From an uncultured delta proteobacterium (lineage in GTDB: Bacteria > Myxococcota_A > Polyangia > Polyangiales > B10-G4), in NCBI GenBank assembly GCA_963727445.1, contig CAVSGI010000014.1, forward strand, positions 96,001-160,000: a stretch of 64,000 nt of DNA, in the 5' to 3' direction. Below are positions 43,693-53,299 of this stretch, piece after piece. The position numbers were made by a program, and so were the translations under genes. Numbering within the stretch: position 1 is the stretch's first letter; each line of letters opens with the position of its first letter. Below the pieces are notes generated by a model. The model was given only the letters and a program-made list of their open reading frames with translations, did no database searches and had not been told where the DNA came from.

Positions 43693-44514
43693 TCAGCCGC
43701 TCAGGAGCGCCCTCAGCGCCGCCCCAGGATCGGAAGCCCGCATCAGCCCCTCGCCGATCAGCACCGCGTCGGCTCTTCCCTCGGCCGCGTGCAGGAGATC
43801 CGCCCGCGTCTTGATCCCGCTCATGAAGACCGCGACGCGACCGATGGGCACCGCCGCGAGCGCTTCGCGCGCCTTTTGAGGATCGACCTCGAAGGTCATG
43901 AGGTCGCGCGCGTTGACGCCCACGATCTTCGCCTTCGTCTCGAGCGCCAACTCGACCTCCTCGGGGTCGGCGGCCTCGACCACCGGCTCCATCCCCGCCG
44001 CCTGCACCGCGGCGACCAGCGCAGCCAGCTGCTCCGCCTCGAGCGCGCGCACCAGGAGCAGGACCAGCGACGCGCCGCAGGCGCGCGCCAGCTCGACCTG
44101 GGTCTCGTCGAGGACGAAGCCCTTGAAGAGCACCGGACGTCGGACGACCTGCGCGACGCGTCGCACGTCGAGAGGGCTCCCGCAAAAACCGAGTCGATCG
44201 GCCAGCACGCTGATCGCCGATGCGCCGCTGTCTTCGTAAGCGCGCGCGACACGCACCGCTTCCCCCGGCGTACGCTCGCGGATGATGCCGCGGCTGGGAC
44301 TGGCGAATTTCACCTCGGCGATGACGCGTGGCATCTCACCTTCGGGTCGGCTGAGCGCAGAGAGCGCGTAGCGCCCGCGCTCCGGGTCGTGGGTGACCTC
44401 GGCGAAGATCGCCGCCGACGCAGCGACGTGCGCGCGCCGCCGGCGCACCTCTTCGCGCTTTCGCACCAGGATCTCCGAAAGATAGGTCTTCTTCTCGCCC
44501 GAGGAGTCGCTCAT
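43693..44514 (-). CDS. trpC: Indole-3-glycerol-phosphate synthase
   Basis: VIAEVKFASPSRG, AISVL, VGVNARDL, SGI, AVLIGEGLM. Confidence 0.92.
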   Translation of the reverse strand: MSDSSGEKKTYLSEILVRKREEVRRRRAHVAASAAIFAEVTHDPERGRYALSALSRPEGEMPRVIAEVKFASPSRGIIRERTPGEAVRVARAYEDSGASAISVLADRLGFCGSPLDVRRVAQVVRRPVLFKGFVLDETQVELARACGASLVLLLVRALEAEQLAALVAAVQAAGMEPVVEAADPEEVELALETKAKIVGVNARDLMTFEVDPQKAREALAAVPIGRVAVFMSGIKTRADLLHAAEGRADAVLIGEGLMRASDPGAALRALLSG

Positions 44515-45542
44515 GTGCTCTGGCCGTGCGCGATGAAGCGCTCCAGCACGCGCAAGGCGTCGCCCTCGTCGAGGACCCTCGCGGTGCGAGCCGCGGCGGC
44601 GCGCGCATCCGTTTCGACGCCGGCAGCGAGGAGGGCCGCCGCTGCGTTGAGGATCACCGCGGCGCGCTGCGGGACGTCTCGTCCTTCGAGCACCTGGCGC
44701 GCGATGGCCGCATTGTGCGCTGCATCGCCCCCGGCGATCGACTCCGGCCCTCGCCGCGCCACGCCGAAATCCTCCGGGGTCACCTCGCGCTCTTCGACGA
44801 TCCCGTCGCGAAGCTGCGCCACACGCGTCGGACCCATCGGCGAGATCTCGTCGAGCCCGCCCTCCCCGTGTACGACCCATGCTCCCTCGACACCGAGGCG
44901 TCCCAGGACCTCCGCCACCTGTGAGAGGCGCGCCGGGTCGTAGACACCGACCAGTTGGTGCGTGGCGGCCGCAGGGTTCGACAGCGGTCCCAGCAGGTTG
45001 AAGAAGGTCCGCATGCCCAGAGACCTTCGCACCGGGGCGGCGTGGCGCATGGCGCCGTGGTACGCGGGCGCGAAGAAGAAACCGATCCCGTGCTCCTCCA
45101 CCGAGCGGGCTACGACCTCGGGCGGCAGCGCGAGGTTGGCGCCGAGCGCTTCGAGGACGTCGGCGCTCCCGGAGCGCGAGGAGACAGCACGGTTGCCGTG
45201 CTTGGCGACCTTCAGACCCGCGCCGGCCACGACGAAGGCCACCACCGTCGACACGTTGAAGGACCCGGCGCCGTCGCCCCCGGTGCCGCAGGTGTCGATC
45301 AGCACCTCGCCCTCGGCCCTGACGAGGGGCACCCTCAGCGACCGCCGCCGCATGACCCGCGCCGCCGCCGCGATCTCGGTCGCCGTCTCGCCCTTCATCC
45401 GAAGCGCGATCGCCAGGCCCGCGATCTGCGCCTCGGGCGCCTCACCGCCCAGGATCGCCTCCATGGCGGCCTCCATGGTCGGCGCGTCGAGATCACGACC
45501 CTCGACCACCGCGGCGAGCGCCGCGCGAAGCGCCTCGCTCAT
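44511..45542 (-). CDS. trpD: Anthranilate phosphoribosyltransferase
   Basis: IDTCGTGGDG, FNVST, KHGNRAVSSRSGSAD, RTFFNLLGPLSNP, GLDEI. Confidence 0.96.
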   Translation of the reverse strand: MSEALRAALAAVVEGRDLDAPTMEAAMEAILGGEAPEAQIAGLAIALRMKGETATEIAAAARVMRRRSLRVPLVRAEGEVLIDTCGTGGDGAGSFNVSTVVAFVVAGAGLKVAKHGNRAVSSRSGSADVLEALGANLALPPEVVARSVEEHGIGFFFAPAYHGAMRHAAPVRRSLGMRTFFNLLGPLSNPAAATHQLVGVYDPARLSQVAEVLGRLGVEGAWVVHGEGGLDEISPMGPTRVAQLRDGIVEEREVTPEDFGVARRGPESIAGGDAAHNAAIARQVLEGRDVPQRAAVILNAAAALLAAGVETDARAAAARTARVLDEGDALRVLERFIAHGQST

Positions 45543-46141
45543 GCGGCGCGTTCTCCCGGACGGCGCCCGCGCTCGGGGAGCTTCTCGAGGAAGCGCTCGA
45601 GCAGCGCGTGACCGTGCTCGGTCAAGAAGGACTCGGGGTGGAACTGCACGCCGAAGGTCGGGTGCTCGCGGTGCCTCAGGCCCATGAGCTCGCCCTCTTC
45701 GGTCCACGCGGTCTCGACCAGGGCCTCGGGCATCGAGTCGCGCTCGACAATCAACGAGTGATAGCGGGTCGCGGTGAAAGGCGAAGGGAGCCCCTCGAAG
45801 AGGCCTTCGCCGTCGTGCTCCACCTTCGACGTGCGCCCGTGCATCAAGCGCTCGGCGCGCACCACGCGGGCTCCGAAGGCTTGCGCGATCGCTTGATGGC
45901 CGAGGCACACGCCGAGGAGCGGCAGCTCGCCGCTCAGCTGCTTCGCGCACGCGAGCGTGATGCCGGCGTTCTCTGGCCGTCCGGGCCCGGGAGACAGCAG
46001 CACTCCCTCCGGGGCTCGTGCGCGGAGCGCGTCGACGCTGATCTCGTCGTTCCGATACACCTCGACGACGGCATCCAGCTCCAAGAGGTACTGGACCAGG
46101 TTGTAGGTAAAGGAGTCGTAGTTGTCGACGACGGCGATCAT
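45539..46141 (-). CDS. trpG: Anthranilate/aminodeoxychorismate synthase component II
   Basis: DNYDSFTYNL, SPGPG, GVCLGHQ, TRYHSL, GVQFHPES. Confidence 0.93.
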   Translation of the reverse strand: MIAVVDNYDSFTYNLVQYLLELDAVVEVYRNDEISVDALRARAPEGVLLSPGPGRPENAGITLACAKQLSGELPLLGVCLGHQAIAQAFGARVVRAERLMHGRTSKVEHDGEGLFEGLPSPFTATRYHSLIVERDSMPEALVETAWTEEGELMGLRHREHPTFGVQFHPESFLTEHGHALLERFLEKLPERGRRPGERAA

Positions 46142-46208
46142 CGGGTCAGAGCGCGTAGGCTAGTGCCTGGTCCAATGACGTGGAAGGGGAGATCGCGACG
46201 GGCGTCGG

Positions 46209-46856
46209 TCACGTCGCAAGGAGGGAAACCGAAGGACGTGCAGCGTACATTCGAGGTCTCCCGACGCCGCGAGGCGGCCGACGAACGAGCGACAACCCTT
46301 CGACGTCATTGGACCAGGCACTGGCAGCGATCAGCGCATGTCGGGCGGCGAACGGCGCCGCCTGCCCTCCTCTGCCTCGGTTTCGGGGAGCGGATCGGAT
46401 CTCCGCGATCTCGTCGTCGACCTCGGTGATGGCGTTGATGGCCTCGCGCAGGCCGCCCATCGCCTCGACCAGCGCGAGGTCCTCCATGAAGCCGCGGCTC
46501 AGCACCTCCTGATAGCGTTCGAGCGCTTCGACCCGCTGCTCGTAGGCGCGCGCCAGACGGCGACGCAAGAGCCGTCCTCTTCGCGTCGACAGCTCGACCG
46601 CCCGCACCGCCTCGACCTGCCGCTCCGCGGCGGGAATGCCTCCCTGCTCGAGGAGCTCGGCGGCCAGGGCGTGCCGTTCGTCGTCCACCATGGCCTCGGC
46701 ATCCTCGATGGGCCCGAGCGCGGGATCGGCGGTCACCGCGTCCTGCAGCCTGACGGCATCCGCGACGAGGTCCGGCGGCGGTCCCGCCTCTTCGGCGTCG
46801 TCGCCGCACGCCACGAGCAGCGACAGGGCGATGACCACCGCGAAGATGCGCCTCAA
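46209..46856 (-). CDS. Putative helical lipoprotein (3' end uncertain)
   Basis: TTG start overlapping the upstream stop; lipobox LLVAC. Confidence 0.6.
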   Translation of the reverse strand: MRRIFAVVIALSLLVACGDDAEEAGPPPDLVADAVRLQDAVTADPALGPIEDAEAMVDDERHALAAELLEQGGIPAAERQVEAVRAVELSTRRGRLLRRRLARAYEQRVEALERYQEVLSRGFMEDLALVEAMGGLREAINAITEVDDEIAEIRSAPRNRGRGGQAAPFAARHALIAASAWSNDVEGLSLVRRPPRGVGRPRMYAARPSVSLLAT

Positions 46857-47755
46857 GCTTCCTCGCCGCCGAGATCGCCGCCGGTGTACCCGCGCTCGCG
46901 CAAGAACTTCTCGATGCGGAGGTTCACGAGCTCCGGATACTCGACCGCCACGTAGTGGGTTCCGCCGGGGACGACCATCAGCTCGGCGCCGTCGATGCGA
47001 CGCACCATCGCCTCCGCAGCCCGGCGCGGCGTCATGACGTCGCGATCGCCGGCCACGACCAGGGTGGGCACGTCCACGTCGGCGAGCACGTCCCACGCGT
47101 CGTGCTCACCGAGGAGCTCGAGCATGTGAACGTAGAGGTCCATGTCGAGATCCTCGAAGGAGCCCGCGAGCTCGGCCCACAGCTCCTCGTCGAGGGTGTT
47201 GCTCGCGAGCCCGAGGCGCTTCGCCCAGGTCACGGTCTCGGGCCACCGCACCATTCTTCGCGTCAACCCCTGGACGACGGAGGGAATGCTTCGCGCGCCG
47301 CGCAGCACCGGTGGGACGACGCGCTGCATCACGGGCAGCCCCAGCACCGACTCGTAGGGCCGACCGGCGACGCCGTTGATCAGCACCATCAGCGCGAGTC
47401 GCTCGGGGGCTTTTCGGAAGAGCTCCAGGCTCAGCTGCACACCCATCGACCAGCCGAAGATCGCCGTCTGCTCGATCTCCTCCGCCTCCATGATCGTGAG
47501 CGCGTCGCGCACCTGGTCCTCGATGCGGAGCGCGTCGCGATCGACGGGCGGCCCCGAACGGTAGAGCCCCCGGTAGTCCCAGGAGATGAAGCGGTAGCGG
47601 TCCGAGAGGTAGCCGATCTGGTGCTTCCAGGCGCGCCAGCTCCCCCCGAGCCCGTTCGCCAGCAGGATGGGCGGCCCCTCGCCCACCACGTGGTACGCGA
47701 GGTCCGTTCCGTCGAAGGCGACCGCGCGCCTCTCTTCCACACGAAAGGGCTTCAT
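46853..47755 (-). CDS. Alpha/beta fold hydrolase
   Basis: ANGLGG, WDYRG, GWSMG nucleophile, AGDRD, GGTH. Confidence 0.9.
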   Translation of the reverse strand: MKPFRVEERRAVAFDGTDLAYHVVGEGPPILLANGLGGSWRAWKHQIGYLSDRYRFISWDYRGLYRSGPPVDRDALRIEDQVRDALTIMEAEEIEQTAIFGWSMGVQLSLELFRKAPERLALMVLINGVAGRPYESVLGLPVMQRVVPPVLRGARSIPSVVQGLTRRMVRWPETVTWAKRLGLASNTLDEELWAELAGSFEDLDMDLYVHMLELLGEHDAWDVLADVDVPTLVVAGDRDVMTPRRAAEAMVRRIDGAELMVVPGGTHYVAVEYPELVNLRIEKFLRERGYTGGDLGGEEA

Positions 47756-47909
47756 GGCCGGCGGGAAGTGTACTTGAGCCTGGACGATTGGAGGCCAACC
47801 CCCGCGAATTTCCGCGCCTTGACGAAGAGAGCCCCCCCCGGATATTTTGCCCGCCCAGCGCCGCTCCTCCCCTCGGATGGGGGCACTTGGCGGCGGCCGA
47901 GGCCCGTAC

Positions 47910-49109
47910 ATGGCACAAAAGAAGAAAAAGAGAGATCTGAAGGCACGTCTAGGCAAGACGATCTCACCCGGCGGCGCCAAGGGTGGCGCTGTCGTCCCGC
48001 CGCCCTCTGGCGGAGGCGTGGTTCCTCCCCCGTCCGTTGGAGGCGCTGCCCCCGGAGGCGGAGGCGTCGTACCGCCTCCCTCGATCGGCGGCGCGCCCGC
48101 TGGTGGCGGCGCGGTCCCTGCCCCGCCCTTCGGTAAGAAAGAGGAGCCCAAGAAGAAGTCGGCGGATCCCTTCGGCCCGAAGTCGCCGGCCGCGGATGGC
48201 CCCCGTGAGGTTCGCCTCGTCATCGACGACAAGACCGCCGTCGACGACAAGGAAGTCGGACGCAAGAAGAGCGGCCGCAACTTCATCCTGATCGCCATCG
48301 GCCTGGTGGTCGGCCTCCTCGTTGGCTACGGCGGCGGCAACATGATGAGCGACCGCCAGCTCTACAACCTGGCGGTCCGAGACGGTAAGGACATCTACGA
48401 GGCCGTCCGCAACGCGTCGGACGTGGTCACCAAGGCGCAGCGCTACGTCGACACCGCCACGAGCGCGGCGCGCGGCGGGCCGGGCAAGCAGCCTTCGGTC
48501 GACTACGAGGCCATCGAGGGCCTTCGCGCGCTCGAGAAGCCCCTCGACGCCAACGCCTTCGCACGCAAGCGTTACGGTGCGTTCCAGCCGCAGACCGTCG
48601 ACGCGCTCTTCGAGTACTACAACAACGTCAATCTGCTCTGGGATCACTTCGAGCGGATCGCGAACCGGACTTTGCCCGAGGCACGAAGAGCCGCCCTGAA
48701 CGACGCCGCGCAGGCCACACAGGGCATGACGAACCCGACGGGGTGCGTCCCGGCGATCGTGGAAGACAAGCTCGTCTGCGGCCTGGTCTTCCTGAGAGCG
48801 CACGACGAAGATCCTGCGCTGATGATGGTGCGTTCCAGCCTGACGACGACGCACGAGTTCGAAAAGACGCTCTTCCTCGGGCAGGAAGACGCGCAGTCAG
48901 CCTTCTTCGAGTCTCCGGACAACTTCGTGATCCTCGTCCACCCCGAACGTAGCCAGGGGGTGCTGGGCGAACAGGCCAGCCTCTTCGCCAACTACGTCGG
49001 CTCTCTGTCGGAGACCAAGGGCCTCCTCGACCGGACGGTCGAGCTCCAAGGCCGCCTCGAGACGGATCTGGGCCAAATCGCGCGCCTCGAAGAGGTCATG
49101 GCCTTCTAG
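47910..49109 (+). CDS. Single-TM hypothetical protein with a Pro/Gly-rich (GGVVPPPS) N-terminus
   Basis: Long ORF with GC-biased codons and one TM segment (FILIAIGLVVGLLVGYGGG). Confidence 0.75.
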   Translation: MAQKKKKRDLKARLGKTISPGGAKGGAVVPPPSGGGVVPPPSVGGAAPGGGGVVPPPSIGGAPAGGGAVPAPPFGKKEEPKKKSADPFGPKSPAADGPREVRLVIDDKTAVDDKEVGRKKSGRNFILIAIGLVVGLLVGYGGGNMMSDRQLYNLAVRDGKDIYEAVRNASDVVTKAQRYVDTATSAARGGPGKQPSVDYEAIEGLRALEKPLDANAFARKRYGAFQPQTVDALFEYYNNVNLLWDHFERIANRTLPEARRAALNDAAQATQGMTNPTGCVPAIVEDKLVCGLVFLRAHDEDPALMMVRSSLTTTHEFEKTLFLGQEDAQSAFFESPDNFVILVHPERSQGVLGEQASLFANYVGSLSETKGLLDRTVELQGRLETDLGQIARLEEVMAF

Positions 49110-49187
49110 GGTCCTCCAACCGGCCCCACCACGCCGCCTCGGTACGGTCTACCGGGCGGCGTCTTTCAATTGTGCAGGCGGGCGGTG

Positions 49188-50105
49188 ATGGCCCATCATC
49201 CGGTCAGCGCCGTGCCCAAGTACCGGCTTCGTTACCAGTCGACCGACCTCGAGCTCACAGCGGGCGACTTCGTCATTGGACGGAGCTCTTCGTGCAGCCT
49301 GTCGCTCGACGATGGGTTGGTGTCGCGCAAGCACGCCCTCATCCACACGACGCCCGATCGTGTGACGCTGGAGGATCTCGGCAGCCGCAACGGCGTGCTG
49401 CTCAACGGTGAGAAGATCAAAGGCCTCGTGCAGCTCAAGCACGGCGACCGCGTCTCCATCGGCGGTCAGCAGATGACGCTGATGGAGGTCGGCAAGAACC
49501 TGAAGATGCCGCGGGACACCTCGATGCTGACCCGTTGCCACAAGTGCAACGAGTTGCTCGATCCGTCCGACTCCTTCTGCAAGGGCTGCGGCGCGCCGGT
49601 CGTCTCGGCGTCGGCGACCTTGCCGGGCGCTACCCTCGAGCTGAAGCTCAACCAGCTCTCTCCTGACGAGGAGACGCGCCAGGCGAGCGGCTTCTCCCTG
49701 CTCACCGGCATCGCCGACAAGGCGCTCGCCCTGAACCGCTTCTCCGAAGCGGAGCGCATCCTCGGCACCCACCTCGATCGGATGCTCGACAAGGCCGTTC
49801 GCGGCAAGAAGATCAGCACCGATCAGGCGAGAAAGGGAACGACCTACGCCCTGAAGCTCGCGCGCGGGCTCAAGGCCGGCAAGTGGGTGGACTGGGTCTT
49901 CAAGCTCAACGGGGCGCTTCGCTTCGTTCCCTCCAGCGAGACCGTCGACGAGCTCCACGCGGTGGTGCGCGACATCTCCCATCGCGATCCGCGCGCGCTC
50001 CGCGCGTACCTCGAAGAGATCAGGGTGAGTCGGAGTGACCTCGGTCCCGCCGAGCGCTTCGTCATCTCCCGGCTGGAGAGCCTCGAGCGCGTGATCAGCG
50101 CGTGA
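49188..50105 (+). CDS. FHA domain + zinc-ribbon protein
   Basis: IGRSSSC, VSRKHA, DLGSRNG, then CHKC...CKGCG. Confidence 0.9.
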   Translation: MAHHPVSAVPKYRLRYQSTDLELTAGDFVIGRSSSCSLSLDDGLVSRKHALIHTTPDRVTLEDLGSRNGVLLNGEKIKGLVQLKHGDRVSIGGQQMTLMEVGKNLKMPRDTSMLTRCHKCNELLDPSDSFCKGCGAPVVSASATLPGATLELKLNQLSPDEETRQASGFSLLTGIADKALALNRFSEAERILGTHLDRMLDKAVRGKKISTDQARKGTTYALKLARGLKAGKWVDWVFKLNGALRFVPSSETVDELHAVVRDISHRDPRALRAYLEEIRVSRSDLGPAERFVISRLESLERVISA

Positions 50106-50946
50106 GCGCTTCGAGCCGGGACAGGCCGGCGAGATCGGCGTCCGGTTTGCTCGCCGCGGTGTCGCGGAAGAACTCCACGAACTCCGAGACGGTCGCCTTG
50201 AACGTGTCCGAAGGCTCGATCTCCTCGAGCCGATCGATGACCGTCGTCGTGGGCATCAGCGACTGCTGACGGTGCACGTCCAGCGACCAACGCACCCACT
50301 CCTCGCCGTTGGACAGCCGCGCCAGCCGTAGCGCGAAGCCGGTGATCATCGCGACCTGGTTCGGATCGAGCTTCTCGCCCTGCGCCAGGCGCTCGTCGAT
50401 CTCGCGGACCGCGCGACGCATCAGGCGATCCGCCTCGGTGCCGCGCCCGGCGGCGATGGCGCGCTCGATCACCTCGCCGAGGAGCTGGAAGGTCCAGCTG
50501 CGCTTTGGCTCGACCACCAGTCCGCTGATGGTGTCTTCCTCGGAGTCCGGACCGTTGTCGACATGTCCACAGTGCGGGCACTGAGGCGACTTCTCCGGGT
50601 ACGGCGTGTTGCACTCTTTGCAGACCTTCATGAAGCCGGTGGGCCGCGCCTCGCGCGCCCGCTGCTTCACCACGGAAAACACCAGCTCCTGCGTACCGAG
50701 GCGAATGCGATCGCCGTCTTCGAGCGGATGTTCGCCTTCCGTCTGCCGACCGTTGATGCGCACACCGTTGCGGCTTCCGAGATCGCTGATGCGCGCTTGC
50801 GTCCCCTCGATCACGATGCGGGCGTGGCGTCGGGACACCAGCGGGTCCTCGATCGTGATCTGACAGTCCGGGCTCCGACCGAGGACGACCTCGGGTCCGG
50901 ACAAATCGAATTCCTGCAGCAGGAATCGCAGGCGAAATCGCGCCAA
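50095..50946 (-). CDS. FHA domain + zinc-ribbon protein (paralog of 49188-50105)
   Basis: LGRSPDC, VSRRHA, DLGSRNG, then CKEC...CPHCG. Confidence 0.9.
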   Translation of the reverse strand: MARFRLRFLLQEFDLSGPEVVLGRSPDCQITIEDPLVSRRHARIVIEGTQARISDLGSRNGVRINGRQTEGEHPLEDGDRIRLGTQELVFSVVKQRAREARPTGFMKVCKECNTPYPEKSPQCPHCGHVDNGPDSEEDTISGLVVEPKRSWTFQLLGEVIERAIAAGRGTEADRLMRRAVREIDERLAQGEKLDPNQVAMITGFALRLARLSNGEEWVRWSLDVHRQQSLMPTTTVIDRLEEIEPSDTFKATVSEFVEFFRDTAASKPDADLAGLSRLEALTR

Positions 50947-51038
50947 AATTCTACCTCTTCCGGCGGCTCGCCGGTCGATGGAAGCATAGCAACCCACGGG
51001 GCTGGAAATCGACCTTTGTGCGAGCTAGCGTGACGGCG

Positions 51039-51284
51039 ATGACCATGGAAGAGGTCGAGGGTGTCCTCGAGCAGGTGGTGCGCCCCGTCGTGGAGGCGGA
51101 CGGCGGGACGATCGAGCTCGTGGCCGTCGAGGACCTGCGGGTGGTCGTCCACCTCGAGGGCGCCTGCGCGGGCTGCCCTGGCCGCCCCTACACCCGCGCC
51201 GGCCTCATCGAGCCGGCCCTGAGGCAGGCCCTCGGCAAGCGGGTGGAGGTGGATATCGCGCCTCGTAGGACCAGCCAGGTCTGA
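51039..51284 (+). CDS. NifU-like (Nfu) domain protein
   Basis: VRPVVEADGGTIEL, LEGACAGCP. Confidence 0.88.
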   Translation: MTMEEVEGVLEQVVRPVVEADGGTIELVAVEDLRVVVHLEGACAGCPGRPYTRAGLIEPALRQALGKRVEVDIAPRRTSQV

Positions 51285-51323
51285 AAAAAGAAGATCGGGC
51301 GTGGGATTTCCACCCACGCCCGA
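51285..51323 (-). terminator. Intrinsic terminator, possibly bidirectional
   Basis: TCGGGCGTGGG-loop-CCCACGCCCGA with an adjacent A-tract (U-tract on the minus strand), between convergent genes. Confidence 0.75.
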
Positions 51324-51355
51324 ATCTCGCGCTGGAAACCGCGTCTAGGCGGCCC

Positions 51356-52324
51356 TCAGAAGTCCAACCCTCTGAGCGGGTCCTCGTCGTTCGAGGAGCT
51401 CATCGAGGAGGAGGAGCCGCTGCTGCTCGACGAGGAAGACGAGGAGCCACTGCTGCTGCCCCCCATCATCCCGTCGTCGGGCGCCTGCGTGCGTCGGCGG
51501 ATCATGCCCGTGAGCCGGTCGACGATGTCCTGGTTGGCCGTGGACGCCTCGCTGTCGTCGTTGACCACGGCGTCGACGAGCGCGTGGCCATCGTCGTCTC
51601 GGTTCTGGGTGTTGGTCCGAAGCTGGTCCAGCTGCCCGAGCGTGTTCTTGTCTTCGAAGACCATGCAGTAGAAACCGTAGAAACGGTTTTCGTCGATGGC
51701 TCTGAGGCGCGTGGACTGGTCCTGCCATTCGAGCCATTGCTTCTCCTGCCCGCGTTCGGTCATGCGGCCGGTGCGTTGGAGCGCGCGTCCGAAGCGGCCC
51801 TGCAGAGCGCCGGCGAACTGGTCGAAGCTCTGCCCCGCGAAGACGTCGGCGTCGAAGGCCTTGTACCACTTCCACAGGCGGTTCCTGATGAAGAAGTAGA
51901 AGTTCTGCGAGTTGGAATCACGGTAGACGAGCATCGCCTCGCCGTTGCCGTGGGTGAACTCGTCGCGCAGGAAGCTCACGTCCCAGCCGGTGGTCTGACC
52001 ACGGAACCGGACGTAGCTCCGCCGGATCCGCTGGATCTCCTCCCGCTCCTGGTGGCGCAGCTGGTCCTCGCGCATGGCATCCCGCGCCTTCGCGATCCGA
52101 GGGCGATACCGATCGCGGATCTGCTTCACGAAGTGGTCGTAGACCTCGTCGCGCGTCATCCCCCAATGCAGGTCGCCGAGCGCTGGCGCGATCTCCGCGC
52201 TCATGGGCGCCGCCTGCTGTCGTGGCTGACGATGCCGCCGGCGGCGTCGCTGCGCATCCGCGTTCACGACCAATGCCCCGACGACGAAGGTCGATAAGAG
52301 TACGCCGATGATCACCCGCTTCAT
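51356..52324 (-). CDS. Exported hypothetical protein
   Basis: Signal peptide, GGAGG RBS, Ser-rich tail ending DPLRGLDF. Confidence 0.75.
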   Translation of the reverse strand: MKRVIIGVLLSTFVVGALVVNADAQRRRRRHRQPRQQAAPMSAEIAPALGDLHWGMTRDEVYDHFVKQIRDRYRPRIAKARDAMREDQLRHQEREEIQRIRRSYVRFRGQTTGWDVSFLRDEFTHGNGEAMLVYRDSNSQNFYFFIRNRLWKWYKAFDADVFAGQSFDQFAGALQGRFGRALQRTGRMTERGQEKQWLEWQDQSTRLRAIDENRFYGFYCMVFEDKNTLGQLDQLRTNTQNRDDDGHALVDAVVNDDSEASTANQDIVDRLTGMIRRRTQAPDDGMMGGSSSGSSSSSSSSSGSSSSMSSSNDEDPLRGLDF

Positions 52325-52449
52325 TTAGGCCTCCGTCCCGATTTTACTCACATTTCCGGGCCTCCGGGACGATAACACCCCCCGGACACTGGCAACAAGA
52401 GTGAGAGGTGAGGTCTGACGAAGACAGACCCTCATCCATTCAAGATGCC

Positions 52450-53292
52450 TCAGGAAGAGGCTTTCTTGGCTTCTGCCTCCCCTTCGAGGTCCAAGAAGAG
52501 AAGCGTGCCACCGGCGACGGCTGCCGGCATGAAGAGCAGATTGAGGAGCGGGACGAAGAGGAAGAGCCACACCCCGGTGCCGAAGCCCAGCATCGGGAGG
52601 AAGTGCTCGCGAAGCAGGGAGAATCGGTAGGCGATCCCGCGATTGCGACGCGCGGCGGGCCAGTCGACGTAGTCGATGGACCAGTAGGCCGCGGTGAAGA
52701 AGAAGCCGAAGATGGTGTAGATGATCTGGCCCGCCACCGGCAGGACGAGGCTGAGCACGAAGAGCGGCAGCATCACCACCGCCCAGAGCCCGAGCTTGGC
52801 CATCTCGATGAGCACGGTGCGCACGGCGTCACGGGCGACCGCCGCCCAGGAAAAGGGCGGCCCCTCTCGCCCGGTGGCGAGCCGCTCCACCTCTTCGGAG
52901 AGGGCGTCGTTGAAGGGGGCGGCGAAGATCGGCGACAGGAACGTGACCACCACCAGGCCGACGATCAGCAGCAGCACCGCCACCAGCACCTCGACGAAGC
53001 CGTGGAGGAAGCGGAGCACCGAGTCCCAGAAGCTCTCCCCGGCTGGCTCGGACCAGAAGGCGTCGACCGCCGCGCCGTGAAAGTGCCACACCCCGGCGAG
53101 CACGAAGCCGATCACGACCAGGGTGATGAAGATGGGGAACACCCAGTACCGAACGAGACCGGGCTCCTTCAGGTAGACGAGCTTCGCGCCGCGGAAGGGA
53201 TAGGTGAGCCCGCGCCAGTAGCCCACCACCACCTTCTTGGGCGCCCCCGCAATCGCCCCGGCGGCCTTCTTGGCCGTGTCACCCACGCTCAC
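52450..53292 (-). CDS. EI24/CysZ-like membrane protein
   Basis: IFAAPFNDALSEEVE, YVDWPAARR, VPLLNLLFMPAAVAGGT. Confidence 0.85.
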   Translation of the reverse strand: MSVGDTAKKAAGAIAGAPKKVVVGYWRGLTYPFRGAKLVYLKEPGLVRYWVFPIFITLVVIGFVLAGVWHFHGAAVDAFWSEPAGESFWDSVLRFLHGFVEVLVAVLLLIVGLVVVTFLSPIFAAPFNDALSEEVERLATGREGPPFSWAAVARDAVRTVLIEMAKLGLWAVVMLPLFVLSLVLPVAGQIIYTIFGFFFTAAYWSIDYVDWPAARRNRGIAYRFSLLREHFLPMLGFGTGVWLFLFVPLLNLLFMPAAVAGGTLLFLDLEGEAEAKKASS

Positions 53293-53299
53293 GACGACC

